64,000 nt of DNA from an uncultured Gemmatimonadaceae bacterium (GCA_963817955.1 CAWFQK010000002.1:832001-896000); one strand, 5' to 3'; positions 1 to 11,053 are shown, numbered from the stretch's first letter. The notes: generated from the letters alone by a model not told the origin. Translations and numbers: made by a program.

Positions 1-2
1 TA

Positions 3-2072
3 CACCACCATCGGGTATTTCTTTCCCGGCTCGTAGTTCGCCGGATAGGTCAGCATCATCTGCAACTTGTCGCCCCGGCCATTGGCGTAATCCATCAACA
101 CCTGCTTGCCCCATGCGAAGTCGCCCTGGAACGCGTTGGTGTTCGATACGCGGCGGGCGTCGGCCAACGTGGCGACGGCAACGAAGTAATTCGGCGATTC
201 CTCGAAGGCCTGTTCCTCGAGCAGGTAGACGTCGGCGTGCTTTGCCTTTCGCAGTCCGCTCACTTGCTTGTCCTGCCACACGAGGCGTTCGGCGGGCCTG
301 CCCACGGTAACGCGCGCGTAACCGCTCTTCTTATCGTACTCTCCGCTTGCCGACAGCATGAGCGGTTTGGACGTATCGATGGTATGCCCGTCGCCATCGA
401 GCGAGCAGGGCGCCGAGCGTGACGCGGTCGCGCCGCCGCGCCCGCCACCCCCTCCGCCGAATCCGGGTCCGTCCGTGACGCAGCGATAGACCGTCGCGTC
501 TTCGCGGCCACGCGTGAGGCGCACGGGATTCGATCCGTCGAGACCCACTTGCCAGAGGTCAAAGCGATCGTACACGATGACTGATTTTTCGCCGTTCGTG
601 AAACCAGCCAGGCCATAAGCGCGCCGCTCCGGCACCGGGTGGTCGTCTTCCATGTTGACGAACACGCTCTGCATCCGACCGGTGAGATTGGTGCGCGCAC
701 CGCTCGCGAGATCGAACAGCCACCACTGACCGTCCTGCTGATATGCCGCATAGCGCCCGCTCGGACTGAGCGTGGCGCCATAGAGCGACCTGGACACGAT
801 CTTGTCGCGTTTGCCCGTCGCAATGTCTATGCGATACACGTCCCGATACGCACGGCCGGACAGGGCCTCGCGCACATATGGCGATTCATCGAGGGCGATC
901 GCCGACGCACCGTTATCGGAAAGCTGAGTCGTCTCGAATGGATCCTCGGACAGCCGCGCAACGGTGGCGGCACCAACATGCCACGCGACCGGCGTCGTCC
1001 GCTGCCGATCGGCGACGCCCTGCACCTCCTGTTGATGGAACTGACGTGCGTCCTTCCAGTGCCACACTTGCACTCGTGCCGGCGGTAGGGCGCCAGGCGT
1101 TGCGCGCTCCGTCGCCGGCTTCATCTCTCGCGGCGCAGTGCCAAAGAACAGTGTGCTGCCATCCTCCGACCATTGCGGCGCGCGGTAGCCTGCGACGCGA
1201 AAACCTTTCGGGAATGCGCCATCGACGGAGAAGTCGTACGTCTCGCTGACGCTACGCGTCGGCGCGTTCCGCCACACGATCGCGACGTAGCTCGTGTCTG
1301 AGAACGCGCTGTCGGAACGGCTGCGCAGCACGGCGAGATCTCCGCTATGCGCTCGCCACTGCAGACCGGTGTACTGCAAGCTGCTCGCGTCGAGCGAACG
1401 GAGCGCTCCCGTCTGTGCATCCAGCAACTGCACGCCATTTCCCGTGCGACCATCCACGTCGACGATCATGGCGAGCTGCGGTCCAACGTCGCTCCATGCT
1501 GATTCGGCGATGTTCCCGAACGACAATTCCGAGCCAGCGTCGAGATCGCGCACGATCACGTCTGCGCCGCGTCGCGCCGGCGCGGGGTAGCGACGCAACG
1601 CCACACGGCCACCGTCTGTGCTCAACTGGTACGACTGCACATCGTCGAACGTGGTCGCCACGCCCGACCGAAGATCGACGGCCACGACCTTGTTGCGGGC
1701 CGGTGGAGTGGCCGCCGGAACGGCACTGCCTCGGCCGCCGCGGCCGGCACGACCGACGGTGTCTGGCGTGATCGTATAGAGCAACCAGTGACCGTCGCTC
1801 GAAAATTGTGGCGCCCCGCCCGATCGCACGGACTGCTCCGCGCCGCCGGCAACGGTGCGATATCGCAACTCGGTGGTGCCGTTCGCCCGGCGAAAATCGT
1901 ATGCCACCCATTTGCCGTCCGGCGACAGCGCGCCGCTGCCCAACGTTTCCCACCTGGCATAATCGGCGCTGGACAGTGTGGCTTTGGCCGGGGAGCCGGC
2001 CGCCGCCTGCTGGGCACGAACTGGAGCGGCAACAAGTGCGATCGCGACTACGAAACGGATAACGCGCTGCAT
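3..2072 (-). CDS. S9 family (prolyl oligopeptidase-like) secreted peptidase, C-terminus runs off the window start
   Basis: Absent from the ORF track because it has no stop in the window. Manual translation: MQRVIRFVVAIALVAAPVRAQ signal peptide, beta-propeller repeats (LSPDGKWVAY, QWSEDG, LSPSGRY), ending LTYPANYEPGKKYPMVV at the start of the S9 catalytic domain. Confidence 0.85.
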   Translation of the reverse strand, partial: MQRVIRFVVAIALVAAPVRAQQAAAGSPAKATLSSADYARWETLGSGALSPDGKWVAYDFRRANGTTELRYRTVAGGAEQSVRSGGAPQFSSDGHWLLYTITPDTVGRAGRGGRGSAVPAATPPARNKVVAVDLRSGVATTFDDVQSYQLSTDGGRVALRRYPAPARRGADVIVRDLDAGSELSFGNIAESAWSDVGPQLAMIVDVDGRTGNGVQLLDAQTGALRSLDASSLQYTGLQWRAHSGDLAVLRSRSDSAFSDTSYVAIVWRNAPTRSVSETYDFSVDGAFPKGFRVAGYRAPQWSEDGSTLFFGTAPREMKPATERATPGALPPARVQVWHWKDARQFHQQEVQGVADRQRTTPVAWHVGAATVARLSEDPFETTQLSDNGASAIALDESPYVREALSGRAYRDVYRIDIATGKRDKIVSRSLYGATLSPSGRYAAYQQDGQWWLFDLASGARTNLTGRMQSVFVNMEDDHPVPERRAYGLAGFTNGEKSVIVYDRFDLWQVGLDGSNPVRLTRGREDATVYRCVTDGPGFGGGGGGRGGATASRSAPCSLDGDGHTIDTSKPLMLSASGEYDKKSGYARVTVGRPAERLVWQDKQVSGLRKAKHADVYLLEEQAFEESPNYFVAVATLADARRVSNTNAFQGDFAWGKQVLMDYANGRGDKLQMMLTYPANYEPGKKYPMVV

Positions 2073-2217
2073 GGAACGCCTCGATGTGGTGGCGGAGAGT
2101 CGGCCAGATGATATGCCAGGGCTGGGCACTTCACAATCCCATGACGCTTACTGGCGAATTGCGCTCCGCGCTCCCATCTTCGCACTGCTCCGCACGACCA
2201 CCACCCCGGAGACCTCG

Positions 2218-4911
2218 ATGCTCTCGAAATCAATCAGGCGCGGGCTCGCGCTCGGCGCGGCCGCAGTCGCGCTCTTCGCCGGAACACCCGACGTCGCAGT
2301 CGGCCAGAAGGTAGCGCCGGTACCCACACCGGAATCCGTATTCGGCTTCCCGGTCGGTGCCGACTACAAGCTGTTCACCTACGATCAGTCGATCGACTAC
2401 TTCCGGAAGCTCGCGGCGTCGAGCAACCGGGTGAAGCTGATCAGCGTCGGCAAGACGGCGTTCGGACACCCGTGGACCGCGGCCATCATTTCGTCGCCGG
2501 CCAATCTTGCGCGACTCGATCGCCTCCGCGAAATCAATCAGCGCCTCGCGCACCCGGACGGCCTCACCGATGCCGAGGCGAGGCGTCTCGCGGCGGAAGG
2601 GCGCGCATTCGTCGATATCAGCGGCGGTCTCCATGCGTCGGAAATTGCCGGCTCGCAACACACGCCGCAGGTGGCGTACGAGCTGCTGTCACACGCGAAT
2701 GATCCGGACATGAAGGCGGTTCTCGACAGCGTCGTGTTCTTTCTCTGGCCGTCGATCAACCCGGACGGACAGGACATTGTCGTCAACTGGTGCCGCGCTC
2801 GTGACGCCAATCAGAATCCGGCGCCGATGGAGCTGTACGAGAAGTATGTGGGACACGACAACAACCGCGACTCGTACATGCTCAACGTGGTCGAGTCGCG
2901 GCTCATCCAACGCACGTGGCGCGAGTGGGAACCGCAGATCATCTACGTGCAGCACCAGTCGTCGCCCTTCCCAACGCGTATCTGGCTGCCTCCCTTTGCC
3001 GATCCCGTGGGAGTCCGCGTGCCGCCGATCCAGGCGCGCGAGGTGAACGCGATCGCCACGCGCATCGCGGAAGAGTTGGACGCGCACGGCATGCCTGGCG
3101 CCGTGTCGCAGCTCGAGACCTATGACGCGTGGTATCCCGGGTACATCGACTACATGCCGATGTACCAGAACATCGCGGCCTGGTGGACGGAAACGCAGGG
3201 CGGCAATTGCGCCACACCACGCACGACGACAGTGGACAGTCTGCCGCCGGCCTACCGAGATCTTCGCCCGACATCACTCTACAGCAGCCCGTGGGCCGCT
3301 GGCACATGGCGCCTGCGCGACGCCGTGAACTATATGGTCGGCGCCGACCTCGCGACGCTCAACTACGCCGCGAAGTTCAAACACGAAGTGCTCTACAATC
3401 GCTACCAGTCGGCGCGCAACACGATCCAGCAATTCAGAACGAGCGGCCCCTACGCGTACATCATTCCGCAGGTCCAGGTCGATCCGGTCGCACCCACTGA
3501 ATTGCTCCGTCGCATGGCATTCATGGGCGTTCGGGTGAAGCAGCTCGATCGCGACGTCGCCTACAATGGTACGACCTACCGTGCCGGCACGTGGGTCATT
3601 CCAATGGACCAGGAGTTCGCGCAGCTCGTCCGCGAGCTTTTCGAACCGCAGAAGTATCCCGACCTCGGTGACGACACACCGTACGACGCCGCGGGATGGA
3701 CGCTGCCATACCAGATGAACGTCACGGTGGTCGAGGCAAAGACTCCGCTCAGCGACGACTTCCGTGCTGCGCTCAAGCCCATCGTCGGGAAAGCGGTCGA
3801 CTGGCGCACGCACGCCGACGAGCCGCTCACCACGAACGCAGAGGCCGCGGGCATTCTCCCGATCCCCGGCGAGATTACCGGCACGGGCGATCTCCTCGTC
3901 GTCGACCCGGCGCAGAACAATTCCTTCAAGCTGATCAACCAGGCGTTGGCGGCAGGCGCCACACTGCGCTACGCTCCCGCCGCGGGGACTCGCGGCGGCC
4001 GCTACATCCTGTCTGGCGTCGATCAATCGAAGCTCGATGGGTGGACGAAGGACCTGTTCGTGCACGCCGAACGAACGACATCGGCGGCTGCGCTGGCATC
4101 GGTGAGCGCACCCACCCGTATCGCGATTTACAAGTCCTCACCGGGAGTGATGGACGAAGGTTGGACCGAGTGGCTGTTCGACACCTACGGAGGTAAGTAC
4201 ACGCTCCTCACACCGGCCGACCTCCGCGCCGGCAATCTCGGCGCCCGATTCGACGTCATCGTGTTCGCGTCCCAGGGACTCGGCGCACGCGGCGGACGGG
4301 GTGGGGGCGGGGGTGGGGGACGCGGCGCAGGAGGCCGAGGAAACGCGGCGGCCGACAGCGCTGCCGCGAGCGAAGTGCGCGGGGTGGATGAGTTCGTGCG
4401 TGGCGGCGGAACCATCGTTGCCTGGAATCAGGGCACGACCCCGATCATCAACGCGTTGCACCTCCCGGTGCGCAACGTCGTCGCGGGCCTCAATCGCCGC
4501 GATTATTTCACCGGAGGATCGGTGATGCAGGTCATTACGGACCCGTCGCATCCGGTCATGGCGGGCATGCCCGCGCGGGCGGACGTGTTCGTGTTCAACA
4601 GCCCCGTGTTCACCACGCTCGACGGTTTCGACGGCGCGGTGTTGGCGAAGTACCCGACCGACGTGACCCCGCTTCGCTCGGGGTTCCTGAACGGAGCCAA
4701 GTATATGCAAGGATTCGCTGCGGCTGTGGATGTGAAGCATGACAAGGGACACGTCGTCCTCTTCGCCTTCCAGCCACAATGGCGCGGGCAGCCCACGGGC
4801 TCGTTCCGCACGGTATTCAATGCCGCCTTTTTCGCGCGAGACGTGGCTGACCAGGCCAAACCGAGTGCCGGATTCTGGACGCCACCAGCGGATCCATCGC
4901 ACAAGCCTTGA
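2218..4911 (+). CDS. M14 family zinc carboxypeptidase, secreted
   Basis: GGAGA RBS before ATG 2218, signal peptide, GLHASE (HxxE), DNNRD, HQ motifs. Confidence 0.88.
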   Translation: MLSKSIRRGLALGAAAVALFAGTPDVAVGQKVAPVPTPESVFGFPVGADYKLFTYDQSIDYFRKLAASSNRVKLISVGKTAFGHPWTAAIISSPANLARLDRLREINQRLAHPDGLTDAEARRLAAEGRAFVDISGGLHASEIAGSQHTPQVAYELLSHANDPDMKAVLDSVVFFLWPSINPDGQDIVVNWCRARDANQNPAPMELYEKYVGHDNNRDSYMLNVVESRLIQRTWREWEPQIIYVQHQSSPFPTRIWLPPFADPVGVRVPPIQAREVNAIATRIAEELDAHGMPGAVSQLETYDAWYPGYIDYMPMYQNIAAWWTETQGGNCATPRTTTVDSLPPAYRDLRPTSLYSSPWAAGTWRLRDAVNYMVGADLATLNYAAKFKHEVLYNRYQSARNTIQQFRTSGPYAYIIPQVQVDPVAPTELLRRMAFMGVRVKQLDRDVAYNGTTYRAGTWVIPMDQEFAQLVRELFEPQKYPDLGDDTPYDAAGWTLPYQMNVTVVEAKTPLSDDFRAALKPIVGKAVDWRTHADEPLTTNAEAAGILPIPGEITGTGDLLVVDPAQNNSFKLINQALAAGATLRYAPAAGTRGGRYILSGVDQSKLDGWTKDLFVHAERTTSAAALASVSAPTRIAIYKSSPGVMDEGWTEWLFDTYGGKYTLLTPADLRAGNLGARFDVIVFASQGLGARGGRGGGGGGGRGAGGRGNAAADSAAASEVRGVDEFVRGGGTIVAWNQGTTPIINALHLPVRNVVAGLNRRDYFTGGSVMQVITDPSHPVMAGMPARADVFVFNSPVFTTLDGFDGAVLAKYPTDVTPLRSGFLNGAKYMQGFAAAVDVKHDKGHVVLFAFQPQWRGQPTGSFRTVFNAAFFARDVADQAKPSAGFWTPPADPSHKP

Positions 4912-5015
4912 GATGGACGGGTCAGCATGTCATCTTGTTAGCAATCCCTCTGCACACGCGCGGACAATGGCGCGCGGCAGAGGGATCGCCGCTCACGACA
5001 CAGTGAGGGTGTAAT

Positions 5016-5089
5016 GCGCGCGTAGCTCAGCTGGATAGAGCGTTAGCCTCCGGAGCTAAAGGTCGTGGGTTCGAATCCCGCCGCGCGCA
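5016..5089 (+). tRNA. tRNA-Arg (anticodon CCG), CCA not encoded
   Basis: GCGCGCG acceptor stem, TAGCTCAGCTGGATAGAGC D arm, TTAGC-CT-CCG-GA-GCTAA anticodon arm, GGTTCGAATCC T arm. Confidence 0.97.
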
Positions 5090-5124
5090 TGGGAGTACGA
5101 CGGGTGAAAGTGGATAGAGTGACG

Positions 5125-5167
5125 AACACGAGCGGCCCGTGCTATGCGCGGGCCGCTCGTGTTTTGT
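5125..5167 (+). terminator. Intrinsic terminator after tRNA-Arg
   Basis: AACACGAGCGGCCCGTGC-TAT-GCGCGGGCCGCTCGTGTT stem followed by a T-rich tail. Confidence 0.7.
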
Positions 5168-5204
5168 CTGGCGGTTCGGCGTATTCTTTGCTCAGTTCGT
5201 TGCT

Positions 5205-6164
5205 GTGCCTCGGAATACTTATTGGAAAGAGCTTCCCATCGGCCTGATCGCTGGCAGCATGGTCCTGCTGTCGGCGCTGGCGATTCTGGTCTTCGGACGT
5301 GTGGGGATGTTGCACGGCAAGCAGTTCACGCTCTTTGTCACGACGAACGCGGCGCCCGGCGTCATTCGAGGTACGGAGGTATGGCTGGACGGGCAGAAGG
5401 TCGGGTTAGTGAAGGGGATCGAGTTTCGGCCGCCCACGACGAACCCGAAAGAGCGCCTGGTGCTCGTACTCGACCTGGTCGATCGTGCGCGTCAGCATAT
5501 CCGATTCGACAGCCGCGTTCAGGTACAGAGTGGCGGAAGCATCATTGGTGATCGGGTAGTCTATGTCAGCAGCGGCACCGCTCGAACGCGGGCCGTGGTC
5601 AACGGCGACACGATTCATGCGGGCGAGCAGACAGATGTCGCCCAGGCCTCGTCCGAGTTCGTGTCCGCGACCCATCAATTCTCGCAGATCATCGGGAACC
5701 TGAAGGTGCTCAATGCAGAGCTGACGAGCACCAAGGGAACCCTGGGTGCATTCGCGGCGGATCAGGGCGGAAGTGAGTTGCGGCGCGCGCAGTCACGGGC
5801 GTCACGGATCTTGGAGCAACTCGCCAATCGCCACGGAACGGTAGCACTCACCATGAGCGGCAACGACGAGTTTCAGCGCCGCGCAGCGCGGGATATGGCG
5901 CAAGTGGATTCCGTACTGGCATTGCTTGCCTCGAACAACCATTCGCTCGGCAGATTCCGGCGCGACTCGACGCTTCCGCGCGACATCGCTCAGCTCAGGA
6001 CGGAATTGGCGGACGTACAGCGCCTAGCGGCCTCCCCGACCGGTACGATTGAGCGGCTCCGAGCAGATTCGGCCATCACGCGCAACATCAACCGCAACCT
6101 CGCATCGCTCGACTCGTTGATGGCCGACATCAAGCGTCACCCACTGCGTTACATCGCGTTCTGA
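5205..6164 (+). CDS. MlaD/MCE family protein
   Basis: N-terminal TM helix, then MCE-like GVIRGTEVWLDGQKVGLV and a helical tail ending DIKRHPLRYIAF; GTG 5205 is the likely start. Confidence 0.85.
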   Translation: MPRNTYWKELPIGLIAGSMVLLSALAILVFGRVGMLHGKQFTLFVTTNAAPGVIRGTEVWLDGQKVGLVKGIEFRPPTTNPKERLVLVLDLVDRARQHIRFDSRVQVQSGGSIIGDRVVYVSSGTARTRAVVNGDTIHAGEQTDVAQASSEFVSATHQFSQIIGNLKVLNAELTSTKGTLGAFAADQGGSELRRAQSRASRILEQLANRHGTVALTMSGNDEFQRRAARDMAQVDSVLALLASNNHSLGRFRRDSTLPRDIAQLRTELADVQRLAASPTGTIERLRADSAITRNINRNLASLDSLMADIKRHPLRYIAF

Positions 6165-6396
6165 CCGAGGGCCGGACGGCTTGTTTTGCCGCAGACGGCG
6201 CAACAGCTTTTAACGCAGAGGTCGCAGAGAACTGCAAGAGGACGCAGAGAACTGCAAGAGAACTGCAGAGAACTGCAAAAGAGAACTGCAGAGAACTGCA
6301 AAAGAGAACTGCAGAGAACTGCAAAAGAGAACTGCAGAGAACTGCAAAAGAGAACTGCAGAGGAAAACTGTAAGCGTACGGAAAAGGGAAGCGGGT

Positions 6397-6456
6397 CTAG
6401 GTGGAATGAACCGTGATTGCCGAGTCCACAATCATTCCGCCTATATCGTTAATGAT
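6397..6456 (-). pseudogene. 5' remnant of a GxxExxY-family (PD-(D/E)xK-like) gene
   Basis: Translates IINDIGGMIVDSAITVHST*; the following bases resemble a frameshifted LGPGL. Confidence 0.55.
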
Positions 6457-6635
6457 CCCGACCTGGCGATACCCTCGGAGCGTCACGACGGCTTCAGCCA
6501 AGACAGCTGCCAGGCGAGACAATCCTTTACGGTCCTCAGCAGTTCTCTGCGTTCTCCTGCAGCTCTCCTGCAGTTCTCTGCGTCCTCTTGCAGTTCTCTG
6601 CGACCTCTGCGTTAAAAGCTGTTCTGTCGGTCACC

Positions 6636-6690
6636 GAGATCCTTCGCTTGCGCTCAGGATGACAGCCCGTCGCTCAGGATGACAGCCCGT
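6636..6690. repeat. REP-like palindrome (GTCATCCTGAGC type) with tandem partial duplication
   Basis: GAGATCCTTCGCTTGCGCTCAGGATGACAG; CGCTCAGGATGACAGCCCGT occurs twice; related copies at 20817, 21155, 39791, 50502. Confidence 0.8.
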
Positions 6691-6761
6691 CGATCAGATC
6701 ACGATCTTCGCAGCCGCGTCACCGATTGCTGCGATTCACTCGTAGTGCAACAGTCCCGTAA

Positions 6762-6802
6762 TGAGTGGATGCCGAGGTCGACCAGACCCCGGCGTCCACT
6801 CA
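6762..6802 (-). terminator. Hairpin downstream of the MCP gene
   Basis: TGAGTGGATGCCGAGGTC...GACCCCGGCGTCCACTCA stem just past the MCP stop. Confidence 0.55.
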
Positions 6803-6812
6803 CCCTGGTTGT

Positions 6813-8894
6813 TCAGAACCCCATAGCCATATCTTCGTCGTCTGCACCAAAGGCAGCCGGCACGGCCACTCGCGAGCGCGACGGCACCTTACGTGGCACC
6901 GCCGCGGCACGCGGACGGCCTGTCGGAGCAGCCGGAGCTGCCGGTCGAACAGCCGCGGCAGGGGACGCCGCCCGGCTGATGCGGAATTGCATTACCGTTT
7001 CGCGCATGCTCGCCGCCTGTGCTGAGAGCTCCTCTGCTGCCGACGCAGACTCTTCCGAGTTGGCTGCGACCTGCTGGGTGACGCCGTTCATCTGATCTAC
7101 GGCAATATTCACCTGCGAGATGCCCTCCGTTTGCTGCTCGCTCGCGGCGAATATCTCTCCCATCACCTCGGCCACCTTGGCAACGCTCCCCGAGATCGTC
7201 TCCAGATTGCCGACGACTTCGTTCGTGATGTGTACGCCGCCTTCTGCATTCGCGACGGCACCTTCAATCAGGGTAGCCGTGTTCTTCGCCGCCTCCGCCG
7301 AGCGCATGGCGAGGTTGCGGACCTCTTCGGCGACCACGGCAAAGCCCCTCCCGGCGTCGCCTGCGCGCGCCGCTTCGACAGCGGCGTTCAGCGCCAGCAG
7401 ATTCGTCTGGAACGCAATCTCGTCGATGGTCTTGACGATTCTCGCTGTCGCGTCCGACGACTCCTTGATGCGGCCCATCGCGTCGGTCAGGCGCTGCATG
7501 CTCGCAACGCCGGCCGCGGTGCCGGCATTTGCGCCCTCGGCAAGCCCACGCGCTTCCTTTGCGTTCGCCGCCGACTGCTTCGCCATCGACGACATCTCCT
7601 GCAGGCTCGACGAAACTTCCTCGAGCGAACTCGCCTGCTCACTCGAGCCCTGCGCGAGCGCCTGACTACCGTGCGAGATCTGGTAAGCTGCCGACGCCAC
7701 CTGCTCGCTCGCGAGCACAACGTCGCCCAGAGTCTCCTCGATGTTCTCCATGGCCGTGTTGACCGCGGTCTTGATCGTCGCGAAATCCCCGGCGTACGAA
7801 CCTGTCATTCGCGCGGTCAGGTCACGGTCAGCGACCCGCTGCAGCACGGCTGATGCTTCCACGATTGGCGCCGTGACGGCGTCGAGCATGGCGTTCATGC
7901 CGCCCACCAAGGTGCGGAACGTGCCCTCGAACTGTTCCGCCCGGCCGCGCTCCGAGAGGCGTCCAGCGCGGCCCGCCACGGTAAGCGAGTCGGATGCTAC
8001 CGCCAGCGCCTGCAGCGTGGTGCGTAGCGTTTCCATCGAGCGGCCAAGCTCATCCTGGTCACCCCGGGCCACGACCTTCTGCTCAACATCGCCAGCCGCG
8101 AGTCGGCGAGCGGCACCAGATATGATACGCTGAGACTCGACCACCTTTCTGAATGCGTCGGCCAGCGTGCCGATTTCGTCATTCGCCGTGTACGTCACAT
8201 CTTGGTGTACGTCGCCATCCGCGATGTGGTTTGCCGCGGTCACGAGGCCGCGCAGCGGAAGCACGATGGACCGAACCACCAATACGGCAAACACCAGCAC
8301 CACCAGGAGTACCAGGACCAAGAAGGTCATCGTCACTTTGGCGTGGCTGATCACGGTTGCGCCCTGCGCTGCGGCGAGAGAGTCCGTCTCTGCGTCGAAT
8401 CGGGTGACGATGCTGTCTATGAGACCTGTGGGGACGCGGTCCAATCCCGCTAACACCTGATCGGCGCGCTGGGCATTATGATCGCCCCCGAACAACTTGA
8501 TCTGCTCGTCGTACTTGGTACCGAGCTCGTCGTGCATTGCCGTGAAACGGTTCAACATTCGAATGGCGCTGGAGTCCTTCGTCGAGCTCTTGAGCTTGCC
8601 GCCAAGCTCACGGACGGTGTTCTCGTCTGCCTTGAACGCGTTCGAGTACTTCTCGAACATCGCTGGGTCTTGGCCGCGCAGTAGAAGGTCCTTCCACTCT
8701 TGCACCTGCTTCTTGAACGAGACCTGCATCTGGCCGGCAACGACCTCATTGTTAACGGGCCCGTTGAGGAGCGCTTCGAACGTGTTCGACACGGCGAGTG
8801 TGTCGCGCAGGAGGTAGCCGGCAACGGAAGCCGACATCGCCATCATGACGGCAATCAGGACCAATATTTTGGTGGAGAACTTGAGTTTTCGCAT
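6813..8894 (-). CDS. Methyl-accepting chemotaxis protein
   Basis: Two TM segments, HAMP domains, signalling core [34 protein letters not shown]; start 8894 or 8915. Confidence 0.95.
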   Translation of the reverse strand: MRKLKFSTKILVLIAVMMAMSASVAGYLLRDTLAVSNTFEALLNGPVNNEVVAGQMQVSFKKQVQEWKDLLLRGQDPAMFEKYSNAFKADENTVRELGGKLKSSTKDSSAIRMLNRFTAMHDELGTKYDEQIKLFGGDHNAQRADQVLAGLDRVPTGLIDSIVTRFDAETDSLAAAQGATVISHAKVTMTFLVLVLLVVLVFAVLVVRSIVLPLRGLVTAANHIADGDVHQDVTYTANDEIGTLADAFRKVVESQRIISGAARRLAAGDVEQKVVARGDQDELGRSMETLRTTLQALAVASDSLTVAGRAGRLSERGRAEQFEGTFRTLVGGMNAMLDAVTAPIVEASAVLQRVADRDLTARMTGSYAGDFATIKTAVNTAMENIEETLGDVVLASEQVASAAYQISHGSQALAQGSSEQASSLEEVSSSLQEMSSMAKQSAANAKEARGLAEGANAGTAAGVASMQRLTDAMGRIKESSDATARIVKTIDEIAFQTNLLALNAAVEAARAGDAGRGFAVVAEEVRNLAMRSAEAAKNTATLIEGAVANAEGGVHITNEVVGNLETISGSVAKVAEVMGEIFAASEQQTEGISQVNIAVDQMNGVTQQVAANSEESASAAEELSAQAASMRETVMQFRISRAASPAAAVRPAAPAAPTGRPRAAAVPRKVPSRSRVAVPAAFGADDEDMAMGF

Positions 8895-9027
8895 GAAAGG
8901 CGCGACTGCGCGCATCAAAGGTGTCGCCGCAACTGCATCACTAGGGGTTTGCGGTGGAGCATCAGCAGGGTAAGTCCTGCCCTGGTAGGGCAGGGTGAGC
9001 CATGCCTGGTATACAGCCTCGTCACAA

Positions 9028-9054
9028 GCTTCGACTGGTCCCTTGCGGACTTTA
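9028..9054 (-). promoter_or_regulatory. Putative sigma28 (FliA) promoter of the MCP
   Basis: TAAA-N15-GTCGAAGC on the minus strand versus consensus TAAA-N15-GCCGATAA. Confidence 0.55.
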
Positions 9055-9329
9055 GGACCGATTTTGCTTGGGAGCACGATGGTCATTGTCGTCAGGGCAT
9101 GTGCATTGCACCGGCTACAGACGACGCGCTCACCCCGCCTGCTTGGCATGCCTCCGGTAGCGCCCTTGACCCTCCCTCGCGCCACTTATACCTTCGCATG
9201 CACTCAGGTCCTTCGCTCCGCCCGCCGACGACTCCGCGACGACTCCGCGCTGTCACCCCGCATCCTGAAAGCGCGCGGCAGCACCTCGAGCCTCCCCCCA
9301 CACATTCTTCTCCTTCCTCCGCTGGTCAG

Positions 9330-10610
9330 ATGACGCCCTCAGGTGTCGTCACGACGTCCGTGAACATCGTCGAACTGAAGCGCAAATCCGTTCCGGAGCT
9401 CCAGGAGATGGCCGACGCCTCCTCCATCGAGGACTCCGCCGGACTGGGCAAGCAGGAACTCATCTTTCGCATCGAGCAGAAATTGCTCGAGCGGAGCATC
9501 GTGCTCACCGGTGAAGGTGTGCTCGAGATTCTGCCGGAAGGCTATGGATTTCTGCGGAGCCAGGATTGGAACTATCTCTACGGGCCGGACGACATCTACG
9601 TCTCGCCGTCGCAGATCAAGCGCTTCAATCTGCGCACGGGCGACACGGTGTCCGGACAGGTGCGCCCGCCCAAGGAGTGGGAACGGTATCTGGCGTTGCT
9701 CAAGGTCGAGTCGGTCAACGGCGACGAGCCCGATGCCGCCAAGACGCGCATCGACTTCGACAATCTGCGGCCGCGCTACCCGGAGGGACGCCTTCGTCTC
9801 GAGACGAAGGATGGCGACATCAGCATGCGGATCATGGATCTCATCGCGCCGATCGGCAAAGGCCAGCGCGGTCTGATCGTGGCGCCGCCGCGCGCGGGCA
9901 AGACGATCCTGCTGCAGAAGATCGCCAACGCCATCCGCGAGAACCATCCGGAAGTCACGCTGATCATTCTGCTGATCGACGAGCGGCCAGAGGAGGTCAC
10001 CGACACGATGGCCAACGTCGATGCGGAAGTGATCGCCTCGACGTTCGACGAGGAGGCGACACGCCACGTGCAGGTGGCGGACATGGTGATCGAAAAGGCC
10101 AAGCGGCTCGTCGAGAGCGGCAAGGACGTCGTGATCCTGCTCGACTCCATTACACGCCTGGCACGCGCGCACAATGCGGTAACGCCGCAGTCCGGCAAGA
10201 TCCTGTCGGGCGGCGTGGACGCCAAGGGGCTCGAGAAGCCTAAACGCTTTTTCGGCGCCGCGCGCAATATCCAGGACGGCGGGTCGTTGACGATCATCGC
10301 CACCGCGTTGATCGAGACCGGCTCGCGCATGGACGAAGTGATCTTCGAGGAGTTCAAGGGCACCGGCAACATGGAACTCGTGCTGTCGCGGAAGATCGCC
10401 GAGCGTCGCGTGTATCCCGCCATCGACATTGGCAAGTCGGGCACACGCAAGGAGGAACTGCTGTTCACGCAGGAAGAGCTCAATCGCGTCTATCTGTTGC
10501 GCAATTTCTTGTCGGAGATGCCCGAAGTCGAAGCGATGGAATTCCTCCTCAAGCAGATGTCACGCTCGAAGAACAACAGAGAGTTCTTCCAGCAAATGAC
10601 GCAGGGCTGA
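9330..10610 (+). CDS. rho: Transcription termination factor Rho
   Basis: [55 protein letters not shown]; start 9330 or 9360. Confidence 0.97.
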   Translation: MTPSGVVTTSVNIVELKRKSVPELQEMADASSIEDSAGLGKQELIFRIEQKLLERSIVLTGEGVLEILPEGYGFLRSQDWNYLYGPDDIYVSPSQIKRFNLRTGDTVSGQVRPPKEWERYLALLKVESVNGDEPDAAKTRIDFDNLRPRYPEGRLRLETKDGDISMRIMDLIAPIGKGQRGLIVAPPRAGKTILLQKIANAIRENHPEVTLIILLIDERPEEVTDTMANVDAEVIASTFDEEATRHVQVADMVIEKAKRLVESGKDVVILLDSITRLARAHNAVTPQSGKILSGGVDAKGLEKPKRFFGAARNIQDGGSLTIIATALIETGSRMDEVIFEEFKGTGNMELVLSRKIAERRVYPAIDIGKSGTRKEELLFTQEELNRVYLLRNFLSEMPEVEAMEFLLKQMSRSKNNREFFQQMTQG

Positions 10611-10624
10611 TCGGATCGCGCCCC

Positions 10625-11053
10625 GTGAACCTCGACCGCGGGCGACTGCTGGCCATCGATTATGGCGAGCGTCGGATTGGCCTGGCTATCAGCGATCCCA
10701 CTGGAACGATCGCCTCACCGGCCGGCGTCATTCTGCGCCGTGCCGGCAAGCGGCCACCGATCGCCGAGCTCATTCGACGCGCTGAGGCACTCGAGGCGCG
10801 CGGGTTCGTCATGGGACTCCCGCTCGACGGCAACGGGGACGAAACACCACGTTCGATCGAAGCGCGGGCTGTGAGCGCCGAGCTCGAGAAGCGGACGGGC
10901 ATGACCGTGACGCTGGTGGACGAGCGCTACACGACGGCGGTGGCTCTGCGGGCGATCCGCGAGATGGGCGGGTCGACGAGAGGACGGAAGGGAGACGTCG
11001 ATGCCCTCGCGGCTACGGTGCTCCTTCAGCATGCCCTTCAACTTGCCGGCTAA
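10625..11053 (+). CDS. ruvX: Holliday junction resolvase-like RuvX/YqgF
   Basis: LAIDYGERRIGLAISD, VDERYTT, DALAA motifs. Confidence 0.93.
   Translation: MNLDRGRLLAIDYGERRIGLAISDPTGTIASPAGVILRRAGKRPPIAELIRRAEALEARGFVMGLPLDGNGDETPRSIEARAVSAELEKRTGMTVTLVDERYTTAVALRAIREMGGSTRGRKGDVDALAATVLLQHALQLAG

Larger units (their letters stand above)
6195..6690. mobile_element. Repeat-bracketed non-autonomous element, copy 1: GAGAACTGCA arrays, 55-bp perfect inverted arms, GxxExxY-like remnant core, REP-like cap
   Basis: 6202-6256 is the exact reverse complement of 6569-6623; 11 GAGAACTGCA units in 6227-6359; core matches ~20915-21085 in reverse. Confidence 0.7.

Noticed and set aside
5016..5089. tRNA-Arg as island integration site
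   Set aside because: Flanked by ordinary genes; no duplicated tRNA 3' end or integrase was noticed.
6227..6359. CRISPR array
   Set aside because: Units are 10-13 bp, contiguous, with no unique spacers and no cas genes nearby.
6362..6537. Invertible switch (core opposite in the two copies)
   Set aside because: Copy 2 aligns with the reverse complement of copy 1 including REP and spacer, so whole-element inversion explains it; no invertase is adjacent.
9025..9075. c-di-GMP-I riboswitch upstream of the MCP
   Set aside because: Only a GCAAA..CTAAA..GCAA hairpin resemblance; the first stem and GAAA tetraloop are missing, and a sigma28 promoter fits better.
8700..9329. Long N-terminal extensions of Rho and the MCP in the ORF track
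   Set aside because: They overlap each other head-to-head; recognisable domains start at ~9330 and ~8894.
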